Of a stretch of 64,000 nt of DNA, positions 19,901-28,585 are shown in pieces. Every line of letters begins with the position of its first letter. The first letter of the stretch is position 1. Under the pieces are notes generated by a model. That model saw only the letters and a list, made by a program, of their open reading frames with translations. It was not told where the DNA came from and did no database searches. The stretch is taken from positions 5,962-69,961 of the forward strand of contig JBILTF010000002.1 in the NCBI GenBank assembly GCA_044371675.1, in the 5' to 3' direction. Source of the DNA: Flavobacteriales bacterium. GTDB taxonomy: Bacteria > Bacteroidota > Bacteroidia > Flavobacteriales_D > Sanyastnellaceae. Both the position numbers and the translations under genes were made by a program.

Positions 19901-20505
19901 GTTGAGAGAGTAACACTAATTGGTGAGGCATAGTAACCCGCTTGAAGATCCATGGTAGGACGCACGGCATAACCTGTTGCTGTGGCTCCTGCATTAACGG
20001 CTCCTTGAGAAGGATTGGTTTGAATAAGCATTGCACCTGAACCGTTGGGAACTCGCCCGTAAGATTGGTTCATTTGATTCGGACTAATCGTCGCGAAATC
20101 ATAGCTTTCCAAAATATTTCCTATGGGATCTGAAAAAACTAAATCTTCACCGTTCGATTGGGTGATTTTAAAATCTGTATTGGTTTGACCTAAATAACCT
20201 GGATTGTATCCACCTTGTCCGCTTACCAATATCAACTTGTATCCATTTGCGGGGACAGTAACCGTCGAAGGAATTTGATACTTCATGGGATTCAAAACAT
20301 TATCGCTTAACCAAAAACCTCCAATATTGATTGGTGAAGCTGTTGGATTATAGAATTCTACCCAGTCTTCGAACTCCCCGCCTACCGCGTAGTCGGAGTA
20401 ATTCGCAAAACAGAATTCGTTTATGACGACTTGAGAAGAGCTTGAAAAAGAAGCTGTCAAGGCCAAGAAAATGACAGTGAATCTTTTTAATATGGTTAAA
20501 ATCAT
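16918..20505 (-). CDS. T9SS-secreted multidomain protein: lamin-tail domain + chitobiase-type Fn3 + CotH kinase-like domain + 5 tandem InlB-B-repeat-like modules + type-B C-terminal sorting domain
   Basis: LTD: VVINEFCF...EDWVEFYN...GGFWLSDN. CotH-like: VYINGQYWGVYEIREKVDD and WRYALWDNDNTFG. C-terminus: YVPNTFSPNDDNLNEVF...IYDRWG...WNG...YVW (gliding-motility-associated CTD). Confidence 0.85.
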   Translation of the reverse strand: MILTILKRFTVIFLALTASFSSSSQVVINEFCFANYSDYAVGGEFEDWVEFYNPTASPINIGGFWLSDNVLNPMKYQIPSTVTVPANGYKLILVSGQGGYNPGYLGQTNTDFKITQSNGEDLVFSDPIGNILESYDFATISPNQMNQSYGRVPNGSGAMLIQTNPSQGAVNAGATATGYAVRPTMDLQAGYYASPISVTLSTTEVGGTIYYTTNGAQPSNTSTLYTGPININITTVVRAIVYSPAATTLPSFTETNTYFFGNDNHTIPVVSISGTTLDGGWNGDELTHLEFFQSGTFTVESSGDSNEHGNDSNAYLQRGFDYITRDALGYDDKLEHPMLHTSDRQSYQRLIFKAAANDNYSFSNGGAHIRDAYVCELSLLGDLHLDERKTRNCIVYINGQYWGVYEIREKVDDTDYTKYYYNQPAGNVDFIKTWGGTWTEYAAAPGFNPQAQWSNFVNFVTTNNMATPANYDYVLTQFNTMSLIDYFILNGYTVCTDWLNWNTAWWKGTNPNGDAKRWRYALWDNDNTFGHGYNFTGVNSTQPTADPCQIENEGDVGEQGHIPVLNALFDNPDFFADYIQRYAELSNTIFSCERMIEVLDSMIVVIEPEMPRQIQRWGGNVNTWNNNVQDVRDFILARCNNEIIGGIVDCYDVVPYTVTFQIDGVGDIIIGETELSPYETPFSGTYFGDLEIDIEAIIDSVVGPCSSFLGWEIISGTGVIANPTASITTLIVQSDVTLQAIFGIPASGPVTILSDVIPAGAGNIVFNGTAQVTYPEIFIVNAGDSTTVSVTANPWFTFNHWESTNATLLPNATTTSIYLNPCAADTVIAIFDATPHAILQVDVMPAGAGTVTMDGTVLAAYPWSNDIVADIDYTFNANEITGVTLFDHWEINNHPLSPNTLTPDVILHLMVSDTLVAVFTIIDEFPLTVDVQPAGAGTVTMNGTPWTPFPSTQIFAENTFMNFVASPIDTWTAFNHWEINNHVLAPSISSSFVNFNFTEEDTLVAVFDVTPHHPLTVMVNPPAAGTVLFDTGNATTTSLTIENEDNIPVNFTAIPEAYWLFTGWQSVAGTPINPNLTANQISAIFTGTDTIIANFQKEPFLYYVPNTFSPNDDNLNEVFIPVLNGYDPTDYYFAIYDRWGILVFETNDSAKGWNGTFKGNGSYYVQDDAYVWKLRAKAIGSSEPVELMGSLTLFR
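17215..18549 (-). repeat. five tandem degenerate ~84-96 codon coding repeats inside the LTD-CotH gene
   Basis: Each repeat has the pattern V.V.PAGAGTV..NGT ... F.HWE(I/S)N ... DT(L/V)(V/I)A(V/I)F. Examples are QVDVMPAGAGTVTMDGT...FDHWEINNHPL and TVDVQPAGAGTVTMNGT...FNHWEINNHVL. Confidence 0.8.
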
Positions 20506-20615
20506 TGGTTTCAGTATGGTTTTCTATGTTAAGACAATAATACGAAAGAATAGGTTGCACCTTATTCGTTATCTGAAAAAGAAAAGACTAACCTTGAAAT
20601 GTTTGCCATTTTTTG

Positions 20616-20646
20616 TTTGGGCAATGACGCAATGAAATTATATTTG
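20616..20646 (+). promoter_or_regulatory. near-consensus Bacteroidota promoter (TTTG-N19-TATATTTG)
   Basis: TTTG at 20616-20619, a 19-nt spacer, then TATATTTG at 20639-20646. The ATG at 20660 lies 13 nt downstream. Confidence 0.55.
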
Positions 20647-20659
20647 TCAAAAATTAACC

Positions 20660-20797
20660 ATGGGACATTCACACGACGATCACGGACACATTCCACACGA
20701 AGCTGAACAAAACGAAATAGGCGGACCAGTACTTTTCGCAATTACCCTTTTTGCACTTATTATCGGGGTTATTTATTTCCTTATTCAGTGGTCTTAA
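20660..20797 (+). CDS. 45-aa His-rich single-pass membrane peptide (not in ORF track)
   Basis: My translation is MGHSHDDHGHIPHEAEQNEIGGPVLFAITLFALIIGVIYFLIQWS, with a TAA stop. It is the only plus-strand coding candidate in the 296-bp gap between two minus-strand genes, and a promoter-like box lies directly upstream. Confidence 0.5.
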   Translation: MGHSHDDHGHIPHEAEQNEIGGPVLFAITLFALIIGVIYFLIQWS

Positions 20798-20801
20798 AAC
20801 A

Positions 20802-22961
20802 TTAACGTAGAATGGTCATCTCATTCAAGAGATGGCCAGCTCCGGCGTAGATATCTATTACCCATAGCACGTACCTCGCATCTGTCATTACGTTGCGGCA
20901 AATTTCAGAATTGAAATAGAGGTCACTCATAGTGCTTTCCCACGTTCTGTCGAAGTTTATTCCTATCCATTCGCCATTTCCATTTAATGCAGGAGACCCT
21001 GAATTTCCTCCTGTTGTGTGATTACTTCCAGTAAAGCAAACAGGCAAGGTTCCATTCACACCGTAGCTTCCGAATTCTTTGTTTTTTAACAACATTTTCA
21101 AACGGTCGTTGATTTCAAAATCTGGATTGCCCGTGCTGTTCTTGTCTAAAATTCCTTGTCCTGTGGTGAAAGGTGTATATGCCATTCCATCTACCGGAGA
21201 GCTTCCTTCCACTCTGCCATAGGTTAATCGAAGGGTAGAGTTCGCATCGCACCACTTCTCTTTCTTACCGCGCATTTCTTCCAACAAGAAAACATATTTC
21301 TCCATAAGCTGATCGTGTTTAGCATTGAATTCACGTTTGGCGGGAACCAATGTATTCATGTAATAATTACTTAAAGCCAAAGCTTGTGCGTACAGATATT
21401 CTTTCTCTAATCGCTTTGCGTATTTCTTCGATTTACCGCTCATAGACACAAAAGTGTCTTTCGAGAATGAACGAATCATGCCCAAGAATGCAGCACTGTC
21501 TGCAACCAAGGACTGCTTGAACCACAAGTCTGCAGCGGCTTCGCGAGAAAGTTTTGAATGTTCGAAATGAATAACACCTTTTGTGAATTGCTCATACATA
21601 GACGACATCGCAACAAATCTTTTCTTATCGGTTTCCAAATCGTAGTCTTTGTAAAAGGCTTTAGCCGTTTCCAAAAACTCGTTCATCTTTCCTTCCCACT
21701 GATTTGCTTTTTTCAATTGACCACCTTTGACGCGAATCTCATTAAAATCTTGATAGAGCTGAAACACTTCCGGACCGTTGAACACGAATTCTGCATACGC
21801 CGCAGCAGCCATATTCACTCCGTAATAGTCCTTGTAAAGCTTGTCAATGGTGGAAAGCAAATTCGAATATTCCAATTCTTTGTTTGAAAGCTTTGCAATT
21901 TCCAACCACTTCGCTTCTTCGTCTTTCTTCAATTGAATGGCGTTGAATTTATTCAATCCCAATTCTTGTCCTTGCCATTTCTTGTAGGCATTCGCTACGC
22001 TGCTTTGCTTCGCTGCATACTTAATGCGCAAAACATCACTGCTTTTCATTGCCGCGTTAATGACTTCTAAATTCTTTTCGCGAAAATCAATGCGCATGGG
22101 AGCTAATTGCTCGTGGTTATATGCCACTCCGGCAGAAGTAAGCAGGTGCTCTGTTCTTCCTGGAAATCCGTATACCATAGTGAAATCTCCTTCCTTCACT
22201 CCTTTCAACGAAATAGGAAAATGATGTGCCGGTTTGAATGGCTTGTTGGTCGCTGAGTATTCAGCTGGTTCATTCTTGTCGTTTGCATAAATACGGAAAA
22301 CTGAAAAGTCTCCGGTGTGTCTTGGCCATACCCAGTTATCGGTATCTCCTCCAAACTTCCCAATGCACGATGGCGGCGCTCCAACCAAACGAACATCTGT
22401 ATAGGTCTTCGTCAAAACCAAGAAAAATTGTGTGTTGTAATTGAAGCCTCGAACGAACCCGTCGCATTTGCTTTCTTCTTTCGCTTTATTCGCAATGGCA
22501 TTAAACAAGTCTCTCATTTTCGATACACGATCTTTTTCATCCACTCCTATCATTCCCTTTAACACTTCATCGGTGACATCGCGCATTTCAATAACGAATG
22601 TTGCTGTTAGTCCAGGACAAGCCAATTCTTGTTCGCGATTCATAGCCCAAAATCCGTTCTTCAAATAATCGTTTTCAACTGAAGAATGGTATTGAATGTT
22701 ATCGAAACCACAGTGATGATTCGTAAATAGCAAACCTTCATTAGAAACCATTTCTCCTGTGCATCCGCCGCCGAATATTACAATTCCGTCTTTTAGAGAA
22801 GTGTTATTGATCGAATAAATTTCTTCTTTCGAGAGCTTCAATCCATTGGCTTTCATGTCGTCGAATGCGGCATTCAAGACAGAAGGAATCCACATTCCTT
22901 CAAAAGCGAAAGAATAAAAAGATGTCAGAATAAATAGAAAACTAAGAGTGTGCTTTTTCAT
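20802..22961 (-). CDS. S46 family dipeptidyl-peptidase (DPP7/DPP11-like)
   Basis: 719 aa with a signal peptide. Contains a TNHHCGF His block and a catalytic Ser block, TGGNSGSPALNGNGEWIGINFDR. Confidence 0.9.
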   Translation of the reverse strand: MKKHTLSFLFILTSFYSFAFEGMWIPSVLNAAFDDMKANGLKLSKEEIYSINNTSLKDGIVIFGGGCTGEMVSNEGLLFTNHHCGFDNIQYHSSVENDYLKNGFWAMNREQELACPGLTATFVIEMRDVTDEVLKGMIGVDEKDRVSKMRDLFNAIANKAKEESKCDGFVRGFNYNTQFFLVLTKTYTDVRLVGAPPSCIGKFGGDTDNWVWPRHTGDFSVFRIYANDKNEPAEYSATNKPFKPAHHFPISLKGVKEGDFTMVYGFPGRTEHLLTSAGVAYNHEQLAPMRIDFREKNLEVINAAMKSSDVLRIKYAAKQSSVANAYKKWQGQELGLNKFNAIQLKKDEEAKWLEIAKLSNKELEYSNLLSTIDKLYKDYYGVNMAAAAYAEFVFNGPEVFQLYQDFNEIRVKGGQLKKANQWEGKMNEFLETAKAFYKDYDLETDKKRFVAMSSMYEQFTKGVIHFEHSKLSREAAADLWFKQSLVADSAAFLGMIRSFSKDTFVSMSGKSKKYAKRLEKEYLYAQALALSNYYMNTLVPAKREFNAKHDQLMEKYVFLLEEMRGKKEKWCDANSTLRLTYGRVEGSSPVDGMAYTPFTTGQGILDKNSTGNPDFEINDRLKMLLKNKEFGSYGVNGTLPVCFTGSNHTTGGNSGSPALNGNGEWIGINFDRTWESTMSDLYFNSEICRNVMTDARYVLWVIDIYAGAGHLLNEMTILR

Positions 22962-22985
22962 TGTATAATTTTATGAGACACGAAT

Positions 22986-23534
22986 TTACGAAATACTAAA
23001 AATATCTTGCTTCTTGATGAACCAATAATAACAGGCCCATGTTCCCATTGCAAATCCCAATAAAATGGGAAACAAAAATCCCAAAAAAGAACGTTGTTCC
23101 TCTTCGGGTAAATCTTGTTGAAGAATGTACATATATACGGGAACAACGACAATGAGGATACATATAAAAAGAAACAGAAAATTGAAACCGTTGTTTAGGC
23201 CAACAGCCAATTTATAATATTTCGATTTTTTGAATTGTTCGAAATCTTGACGTGCATATTCTCTCGCTCGGCTGCGTGCCGCGTGTTCCTTTTGCTGGTA
23301 ATATTCTTCGTAGCGAGGAGTGACTTTTCTATCCTGCGCAAGGTTATAGGCCTTCCGCTGTTTCTCTTCTCCAAGAAATTCATAGGCTTCATGAATTTCT
23401 ATAAAACGCAAATGCGCATCGGGATGCGCATTTTTGTCTGGATGAAATTGCTTACATCCATTTCTATAAGCTGTTTTAATTTCTGAATTTGAAGCGTTAC
23501 GGGAGACTCCTAAAATAATGTAGTAATCTTTCAA
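22986..23534 (-). CDS. J-domain (DnaJ-like) membrane protein
   Basis: DYYIILGVSRNASNSEIKTAYRNGCKQFHPDKN contains the HPD motif. Two C-terminal TM helices. Confidence 0.8.
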   Translation of the reverse strand: MKDYYIILGVSRNASNSEIKTAYRNGCKQFHPDKNAHPDAHLRFIEIHEAYEFLGEEKQRKAYNLAQDRKVTPRYEEYYQQKEHAARSRAREYARQDFEQFKKSKYYKLAVGLNNGFNFLFLFICILIVVVPVYMYILQQDLPEEEQRSFLGFLFPILLGFAMGTWACYYWFIKKQDIFSIS

Positions 23535-23546
23535 ACTTCACTTGTA

Positions 23547-24260
23547 TTAATCTCTTCTTGCGAACACACGTAATAAGAACATAAACAAGTTCACGAAGTC
23601 TAAATACAAATTAAGTGCGCCCATTAAAGCCAACTTGGATGCTTCGGCAGTTCCGAACTCCACTCCTGCTCCAATACGTTTGATCTTCTGAACATCGTAT
23701 GCTGTCAATCCGGTGAATACCAAAACACCCACACATGAAATAATGTAATCCATTTGTGAGCTCTTCATGAACATGTTCACCACAGAGGCAATCACAATTC
23801 CAATAACAGCCATCATTAAGATTCCACCAAACTTCGTTAAGTCTGTCTTAGTCGTGTATCCAATAAATGCCATGGCTCCGAATAGACCCGCGGTAATGAA
23901 GAACACTTTGGTAATAATTCCTAGATCATACACCAAGAAAATAAAGCTTAAGCTTATTCCCATAACAGCTGCATATCCTAGGAATACGGCCAACAACGTA
24001 GTGAACGACATTTTGTTGAATCCGAAGTTCATGGCAAGAATGAAGGCAAACGGAGCAAACATCACTAACCAACCAAGCGTGGTCATGCCTGATCTTGTTA
24101 CCAATGAAGAAATCAATTCAGTTGTCCCGAATAAATAGGCTAACGCTCCTGAAATGGCCAGCGCCAAAGCCATGTATGCGAAAACGTTTGAAACGAATGA
24201 TTTTGAAACAGCGTTGTCGTTTACATAAACGCCATCGTTAAATTCTAAATTGTTGTTCAT
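23547..24260 (-). CDS. Bax inhibitor-1 / YccA family membrane protein
   Basis: 237 aa, seven-TM pattern, with a family-typical C-terminus ...LYLDFVNLFMFLLRVF. Confidence 0.85.
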   Translation of the reverse strand: MNNNLEFNDGVYVNDNAVSKSFVSNVFAYMALALAISGALAYLFGTTELISSLVTRSGMTTLGWLVMFAPFAFILAMNFGFNKMSFTTLLAVFLGYAAVMGISLSFIFLVYDLGIITKVFFITAGLFGAMAFIGYTTKTDLTKFGGILMMAVIGIVIASVVNMFMKSSQMDYIISCVGVLVFTGLTAYDVQKIKRIGAGVEFGTAEASKLALMGALNLYLDFVNLFMFLLRVFARRD

Positions 24261-24268
24261 GATTTATT

Positions 24269-24835
24269 TTATTTATTCAGTTGAAGTAAACTTACAAATT
24301 CCTTTCTTGTTGTGTCGCTCGTTAAAAACAATCCACTGTAGGCGCTTGTCATAGTGCTGCTGTGTTGTTTCGAAACTCCGCGCATTTGCATACAAAGATG
24401 ATGACAATCTAAAACAACTGCCACTCCGACAGGATTCAATGCTTTTTGAATGCTATCGCGAATCTCAATTGTCAGACGCTCCTGCACTTGAAGTCTTCTT
24501 GAAAAGACATCGACCACGCGGGGAATCTTACTTAGTCCAACAATCTTTCCATCAGGAATATAGGCCACGTGGGCCTTTCCGAAGAAAGGCAACATGTGGT
24601 GTTCGCACAAACTGTAGACTTCAATGTCTTTCACAATAACCATTTCAGAATACGATTCGTGAAAAATAGCACCGTTCAACACATCGTCTGCACTCTCCTC
24701 ATATCCTTTCAACAAATGTGAATAGGCCTTCGCAACACGCTCAGGCGTTTTCAACAATCCTTCACGCTGTGGATTTTCACCCACAGCGGCAAGGATTTGC
24801 TCCACTGCCATTTCAATAGTTTTCTGATTCTCCAT
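24269..24835 (-). CDS. folE: GTP cyclohydrolase I
   Basis: [33 protein letters not shown] and QVQERLT motifs. Confidence 0.95.
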   Translation of the reverse strand: MENQKTIEMAVEQILAAVGENPQREGLLKTPERVAKAYSHLLKGYEESADDVLNGAIFHESYSEMVIVKDIEVYSLCEHHMLPFFGKAHVAYIPDGKIVGLSKIPRVVDVFSRRLQVQERLTIEIRDSIQKALNPVGVAVVLDCHHLCMQMRGVSKQHSSTMTSAYSGLFLTSDTTRKEFVSLLQLNK

Positions 24836-25260
24836 TACTTCCCTCCGTAATACTCGACGTATTGATTTTCTGTTTCTGTTACTTTAATGCAATGCAATTG
24901 ACAACCTTTCTCGTTCACCAGCTCTTCCAATTGTTCCCAGATTGCAATGGCAACGTTTTCAGTAGAGGTCTTCATTCCTCTCATGAACTCCACATCCATG
25001 TTCAAGTTCTTGTGATCTAATTTGTTTATGACTTGCGTCTTCACAATAGTGCTCAAGTATTTTAAGTCCATGCAGTAGCCAGTTGTTGCATCTGGAACAC
25101 CTTTTACCGTGATGAATAACTCATAGTTGTGCCCATGCCAGTTCGGATTCGAACATTTTCCGAAAGTCTCGAAATTCTTTGCTTCATCCCACTCGTCGTG
25201 CCACAACTTGTGCGCTGCATTGAATCTTTCTCTGCGTGTGGCGTATACTAATTTTTCCAT
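24835..25260 (-). CDS. 6-pyruvoyl-tetrahydropterin synthase family enzyme (PTPS-type spacing Cys-x5-His-Gly-His)
   Basis: FNAAHKL and [21 protein letters not shown] motifs. TAATG stop/start overlap with folE. Confidence 0.85.
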   Translation of the reverse strand: MEKLVYATRRERFNAAHKLWHDEWDEAKNFETFGKCSNPNWHGHNYELFITVKGVPDATTGYCMDLKYLSTIVKTQVINKLDHKNLNMDVEFMRGMKTSTENVAIAIWEQLEELVNEKGCQLHCIKVTETENQYVEYYGGK

Positions 25261-25316
25261 GTTTCAATAATTGTTATAAAAGTAAATCACTTGAGTGCCT
25301 TCTTTGTTCGAAGTCT

Positions 25317-26285
25317 TCAATAGATTTTAAGATCTTGTTGTAAATAATTCGTTACGTAATCTTTCACTCCTTCTTCCAAAGAATGAAACGGCTTGCTATA
25401 ACCAATTGAAATTAACTTGTTCATGTTAGCTTCGGTGAAGTACTGATACTTGTCCCGAATGTCTTCCGGCGTATCAACAAAAGAGATGTCCGGTTCTTTT
25501 TCCATGGAATGAAAAGTAGCGGATGCTAAATCCAAGAATGTTCTGGCCTTTCCACTTCCCAGATTGTAAATACCTGAATCTTTTCTGTGGTGCATTAAGA
25601 ACATGAGTACTTCAACCAAATCTTTCACATAAACGAAGTCGCGCATTTGTCCGCCGTCTGTGAAGTTCGGATTGTGACTGCGAAACAATTTCATTTCGCC
25701 TGACTTTCCAATCTGATTGAACGTATGCCAGATAACGCTGGCCATGCGGCCTTTGTGATATTCGTTCGGACCGTATACATTGAAGAATTTCAATCCGGCC
25801 CAATAGTAAGGTGCTTCCTCTTGTTGCAATGCCCACACATCGAAGTCCTGCTTCGATTGTCCGTATGGATTCAATGGCTTTAATTGTGGAATGGTCGAAT
25901 GATCATCGTTGTATCCGTATTCCCCACCACCGTAGGTTGCTGCAGAAGATGCATAGATAAAAGGTATGGCATGTTTCGCGCAAGTCTTCCATAACGATTG
26001 TGTGTAATGAAGATTTAAGCGATCGAAAATTTCAACATTGAATTCAGTTGTATCTGTGCGAGCTCCAATGTGAAAAACACATTCCACTTGATTTTGATTC
26101 TCTTCCAACCACTCCGGAAATTCATCTCTGTGAACGATTGCCGTATATTTCTTTCCTTCCCAATTCCTTTTTCGATCTTCTCTTGAAAAATCATCTACCA
26201 ACACCAAATCGAAAAAACGATCTTCGTTCAATCTCGCTACCATGGCTGATCCTACGAATCCGGCTGCTCCTGTTACAATTATCAT
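25317..26285 (-). CDS. hldD: ADP-L-glycero-D-manno-heptose 6-epimerase-like SDR
   Basis: MIIVTGAAGFVGS, FIYASSAATYGG, FNVYGPNEYHKGRMASV and RDFVYVKD align block-for-block with my recollection of E. coli HldD. Confidence 0.8.
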   Translation of the reverse strand: MIIVTGAAGFVGSAMVARLNEDRFFDLVLVDDFSREDRKRNWEGKKYTAIVHRDEFPEWLEENQNQVECVFHIGARTDTTEFNVEIFDRLNLHYTQSLWKTCAKHAIPFIYASSAATYGGGEYGYNDDHSTIPQLKPLNPYGQSKQDFDVWALQQEEAPYYWAGLKFFNVYGPNEYHKGRMASVIWHTFNQIGKSGEMKLFRSHNPNFTDGGQMRDFVYVKDLVEVLMFLMHHRKDSGIYNLGSGKARTFLDLASATFHSMEKEPDISFVDTPEDIRDKYQYFTEANMNKLISIGYSKPFHSLEEGVKDYVTNYLQQDLKIY

Positions 26286-26294
26286 GTTGCAAAT

Positions 26295-27257
26295 TTAATT
26301 CAAATAATGCGCCAACACACCTTCCTTCAATGCGTATTCAGACTGATAGATTTTATTGAAGTTCGATTGCTCTAAAATGAACTTCACCAAATAAGTAGAA
26401 AGCGGCATATACTCGGCACGCATTTGAGGAATACTCGGATGCTTCAAACGTTCTTCCAATGTGCTTCCGACTAACCATTGATGAATGGAGGGGTACGCGT
26501 TGAAAGGAATCTCGTTTAATTTCAATTTCGCAGAATCTTTCGAAGCATCTTTGGCTCTGCCAAACTGGTACATATCAAACAGCGTATCAAACGACCCCGA
26601 AGATCCAACCAACACATGCGCTGGATTTTCCTTCAGAAAAGAAATTAAATCTTGTAACTCGTTATTGAGATGCGCTCTTAGTCTATGAACATCGTCTTGA
26701 TTTATACGTGAAGCTGGATTGAGCATACCATGTATACGGCTTACGCCTAGCAAATAACTTTTTCTCCACAACTGCTTTTGATCGCGGACGAAAATGAACT
26801 CCGTGCTTCCGCCACCGATGTCCATGATTAAAAAATCTTCTTTAATCTCATCGGTGGTTTGAACCACTCCTTCAAAAATGAGTTCAGCCTCACGATCTCC
26901 GGAAATAACTTCCATATCGAAATTCAGATGCTTCTTCACCTTTGCAACGAATACGTTGCCGTTGGAAGCTTCACGCACAGCGCTGGTTGCAAAAACACGA
27001 ACGTCCTTCACTTCGAGTGAATCAATCACATTCTTGTATGAATACAATGCATCTAATCCGCGAGCCATGCGGTTAGGCATGAGCACATTCTCAGAAAATC
27101 CTCCTGCACCCAATTTCACCGGAAGTTTGGTTTTGAAAAGCGTCTTCCACTTCCCTTCCACCTTTTCCTTCACCAATAAATTAAAGGTGTTCGTTCCGCA
27201 GTCGATGATGGCTAAGCGCTGATTGTTGTTTAATTCTTCTGTCGTATCCATTTCCAT
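26295..27257 (-). CDS. Ppx/GppA family phosphatase (exopolyphosphatase-like)
   Basis: The internal Met gives MEMDTT...LAIIDCGTNTFNLLV, with a later DIGGGSTEF motif. The longer track start would overlap the permease gene by 150 nt. Confidence 0.8.
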   Translation of the reverse strand: MEMDTTEELNNNQRLAIIDCGTNTFNLLVKEKVEGKWKTLFKTKLPVKLGAGGFSENVLMPNRMARGLDALYSYKNVIDSLEVKDVRVFATSAVREASNGNVFVAKVKKHLNFDMEVISGDREAELIFEGVVQTTDEIKEDFLIMDIGGGSTEFIFVRDQKQLWRKSYLLGVSRIHGMLNPASRINQDDVHRLRAHLNNELQDLISFLKENPAHVLVGSSGSFDTLFDMYQFGRAKDASKDSAKLKLNEIPFNAYPSIHQWLVGSTLEERLKHPSIPQMRAEYMPLSTYLVKFILEQSNFNKIYQSEYALKEGVLAHYLN

Positions 27258-28585
27258 AAATCTTTGTAACTCACTTTTTTTCCGTACGACAAAATGCCCA
27301 CGCGATAAATTTTTGCTCCTAACCAAATAAAGAATAAGAAGGCGACTATGAGCGCAGCCATGGCGCTTATTAAATGCCAAAGGCTAATGTTACCAATAGC
27401 AGTTTTCACCATAATGGTTATGGGTGAAGTCAGCGGAAATATGCTGAAGAAATTTCCAATGGGACTTTCCGGATTGGTAATCAGCATAGCCGAAACAATG
27501 TAGGAAAAGACCAACGGAAGTGTCACAGGTAGCATGAATTGCTGTGTGTCTGAATCACTGTCAACAGCAGCTCCAATGGCTGCGAAGAGTGACGCGTACA
27601 ACAAAAATCCACCAATGAAGAAGAAGATAAACATACCCACCATGAGCGGCCAATTGATTAAGAAAATCCAATTGATTGCTTCGTTATCCATAAGCGATTG
27701 TGCGATGGCAGCTTGATTCATGCCGTTTGCAACGACTGCTCCGTTTTCTAAAACAGCAGCACCGTTCACCAAATGCGATTCGAAATAATTCAGACCGAAG
27801 GTTGCTAAAACAGCAGATAGAATAACCCAAATGAGGAATTGCGTAAGTCCTACTAATCCAATTCCAACCACCTTACCCATCATTAACTGAAACGGTCTCA
27901 CAGAGCTAACCATGACTTCCACAATACGACTCGTCTTCTCTTCCAACACTCCGCGCATTACTTGCACGCCATACATAAAGATGAACATGTATATTAGTAT
28001 AGCGAAGACGAATCCAATCACCGCGCGCTCTTTCGTGTGATCTTCTTCTCCAAGTTTGTTAATGTTTATCTCTGCAAAACTCACATCGAGCTTTGCGCGC
28101 TTGTACTTTTCGTAATCAATTTTCAAAGAATCAACCACACGAAAACGTTCGAGCGATTCTTGCAAATCGTTCTTCAATTTACCTTGAATGTTTTCGGAAG
28201 GAAAATTATCGAAGTACATGTTGCATTTCCCATCGTTAATCGTAATCTCATCGAGCTCGATCATGATGTTGTAAAATCCATCTTTCAACTCTTCGGGCTT
28301 CTGCGTCTTTTCAGTGAATCCGTAGATTACGTTTTCATTGTCTTTGAACTGATCTGGAAATCTAGGAACCAAGGTAGAGTCTTGCTCTCCGCGGTATTCC
28401 GTAACCAATCCGTATGGATCGCTAATTAAAACAGTGTAGGTTTCTTGGTCGTTCAGTGTAATCCAGATGGTTCCGAACAGCAGTCCAGCAAACAAAAGCG
28501 GACCTAAGATGGTCATAACAATGAAAGACTTTTTGCGAATGCGTGTGGTGTACTCGCGTTTGATGATTAATCCTATCTTACTCAT
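27230..28585 (-). CDS. ABC-2 type transporter permease (NatB-like)
   Basis: 451 aa: one N-terminal TM, a large extracytoplasmic loop, then five TM helices. Start/stop overlap with the upstream ATPase gene. Confidence 0.8.
   Translation of the reverse strand: MSKIGLIIKREYTTRIRKKSFIVMTILGPLLFAGLLFGTIWITLNDQETYTVLISDPYGLVTEYRGEQDSTLVPRFPDQFKDNENVIYGFTEKTQKPEELKDGFYNIMIELDEITINDGKCNMYFDNFPSENIQGKLKNDLQESLERFRVVDSLKIDYEKYKRAKLDVSFAEININKLGEEDHTKERAVIGFVFAILIYMFIFMYGVQVMRGVLEEKTSRIVEVMVSSVRPFQLMMGKVVGIGLVGLTQFLIWVILSAVLATFGLNYFESHLVNGAAVLENGAVVANGMNQAAIAQSLMDNEAINWIFLINWPLMVGMFIFFFIGGFLLYASLFAAIGAAVDSDSDTQQFMLPVTLPLVFSYIVSAMLITNPESPIGNFFSIFPLTSPITIMVKTAIGNISLWHLISAMAALIVAFLFFIWLGAKIYRVGILSYGKKVSYKDLWKWIRQKN

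Noticed and set aside
20809-20835. Hairpin TGGTCATCTC-ATTCAA-GAGATGGCCA as a terminator for the 45-aa ORF.
   Set aside because: It is a 10-bp stem with one G-U pair, but no U-tract follows and it lies inside the 3' end of the S46 peptidase coding sequence. It cannot be distinguished from chance.
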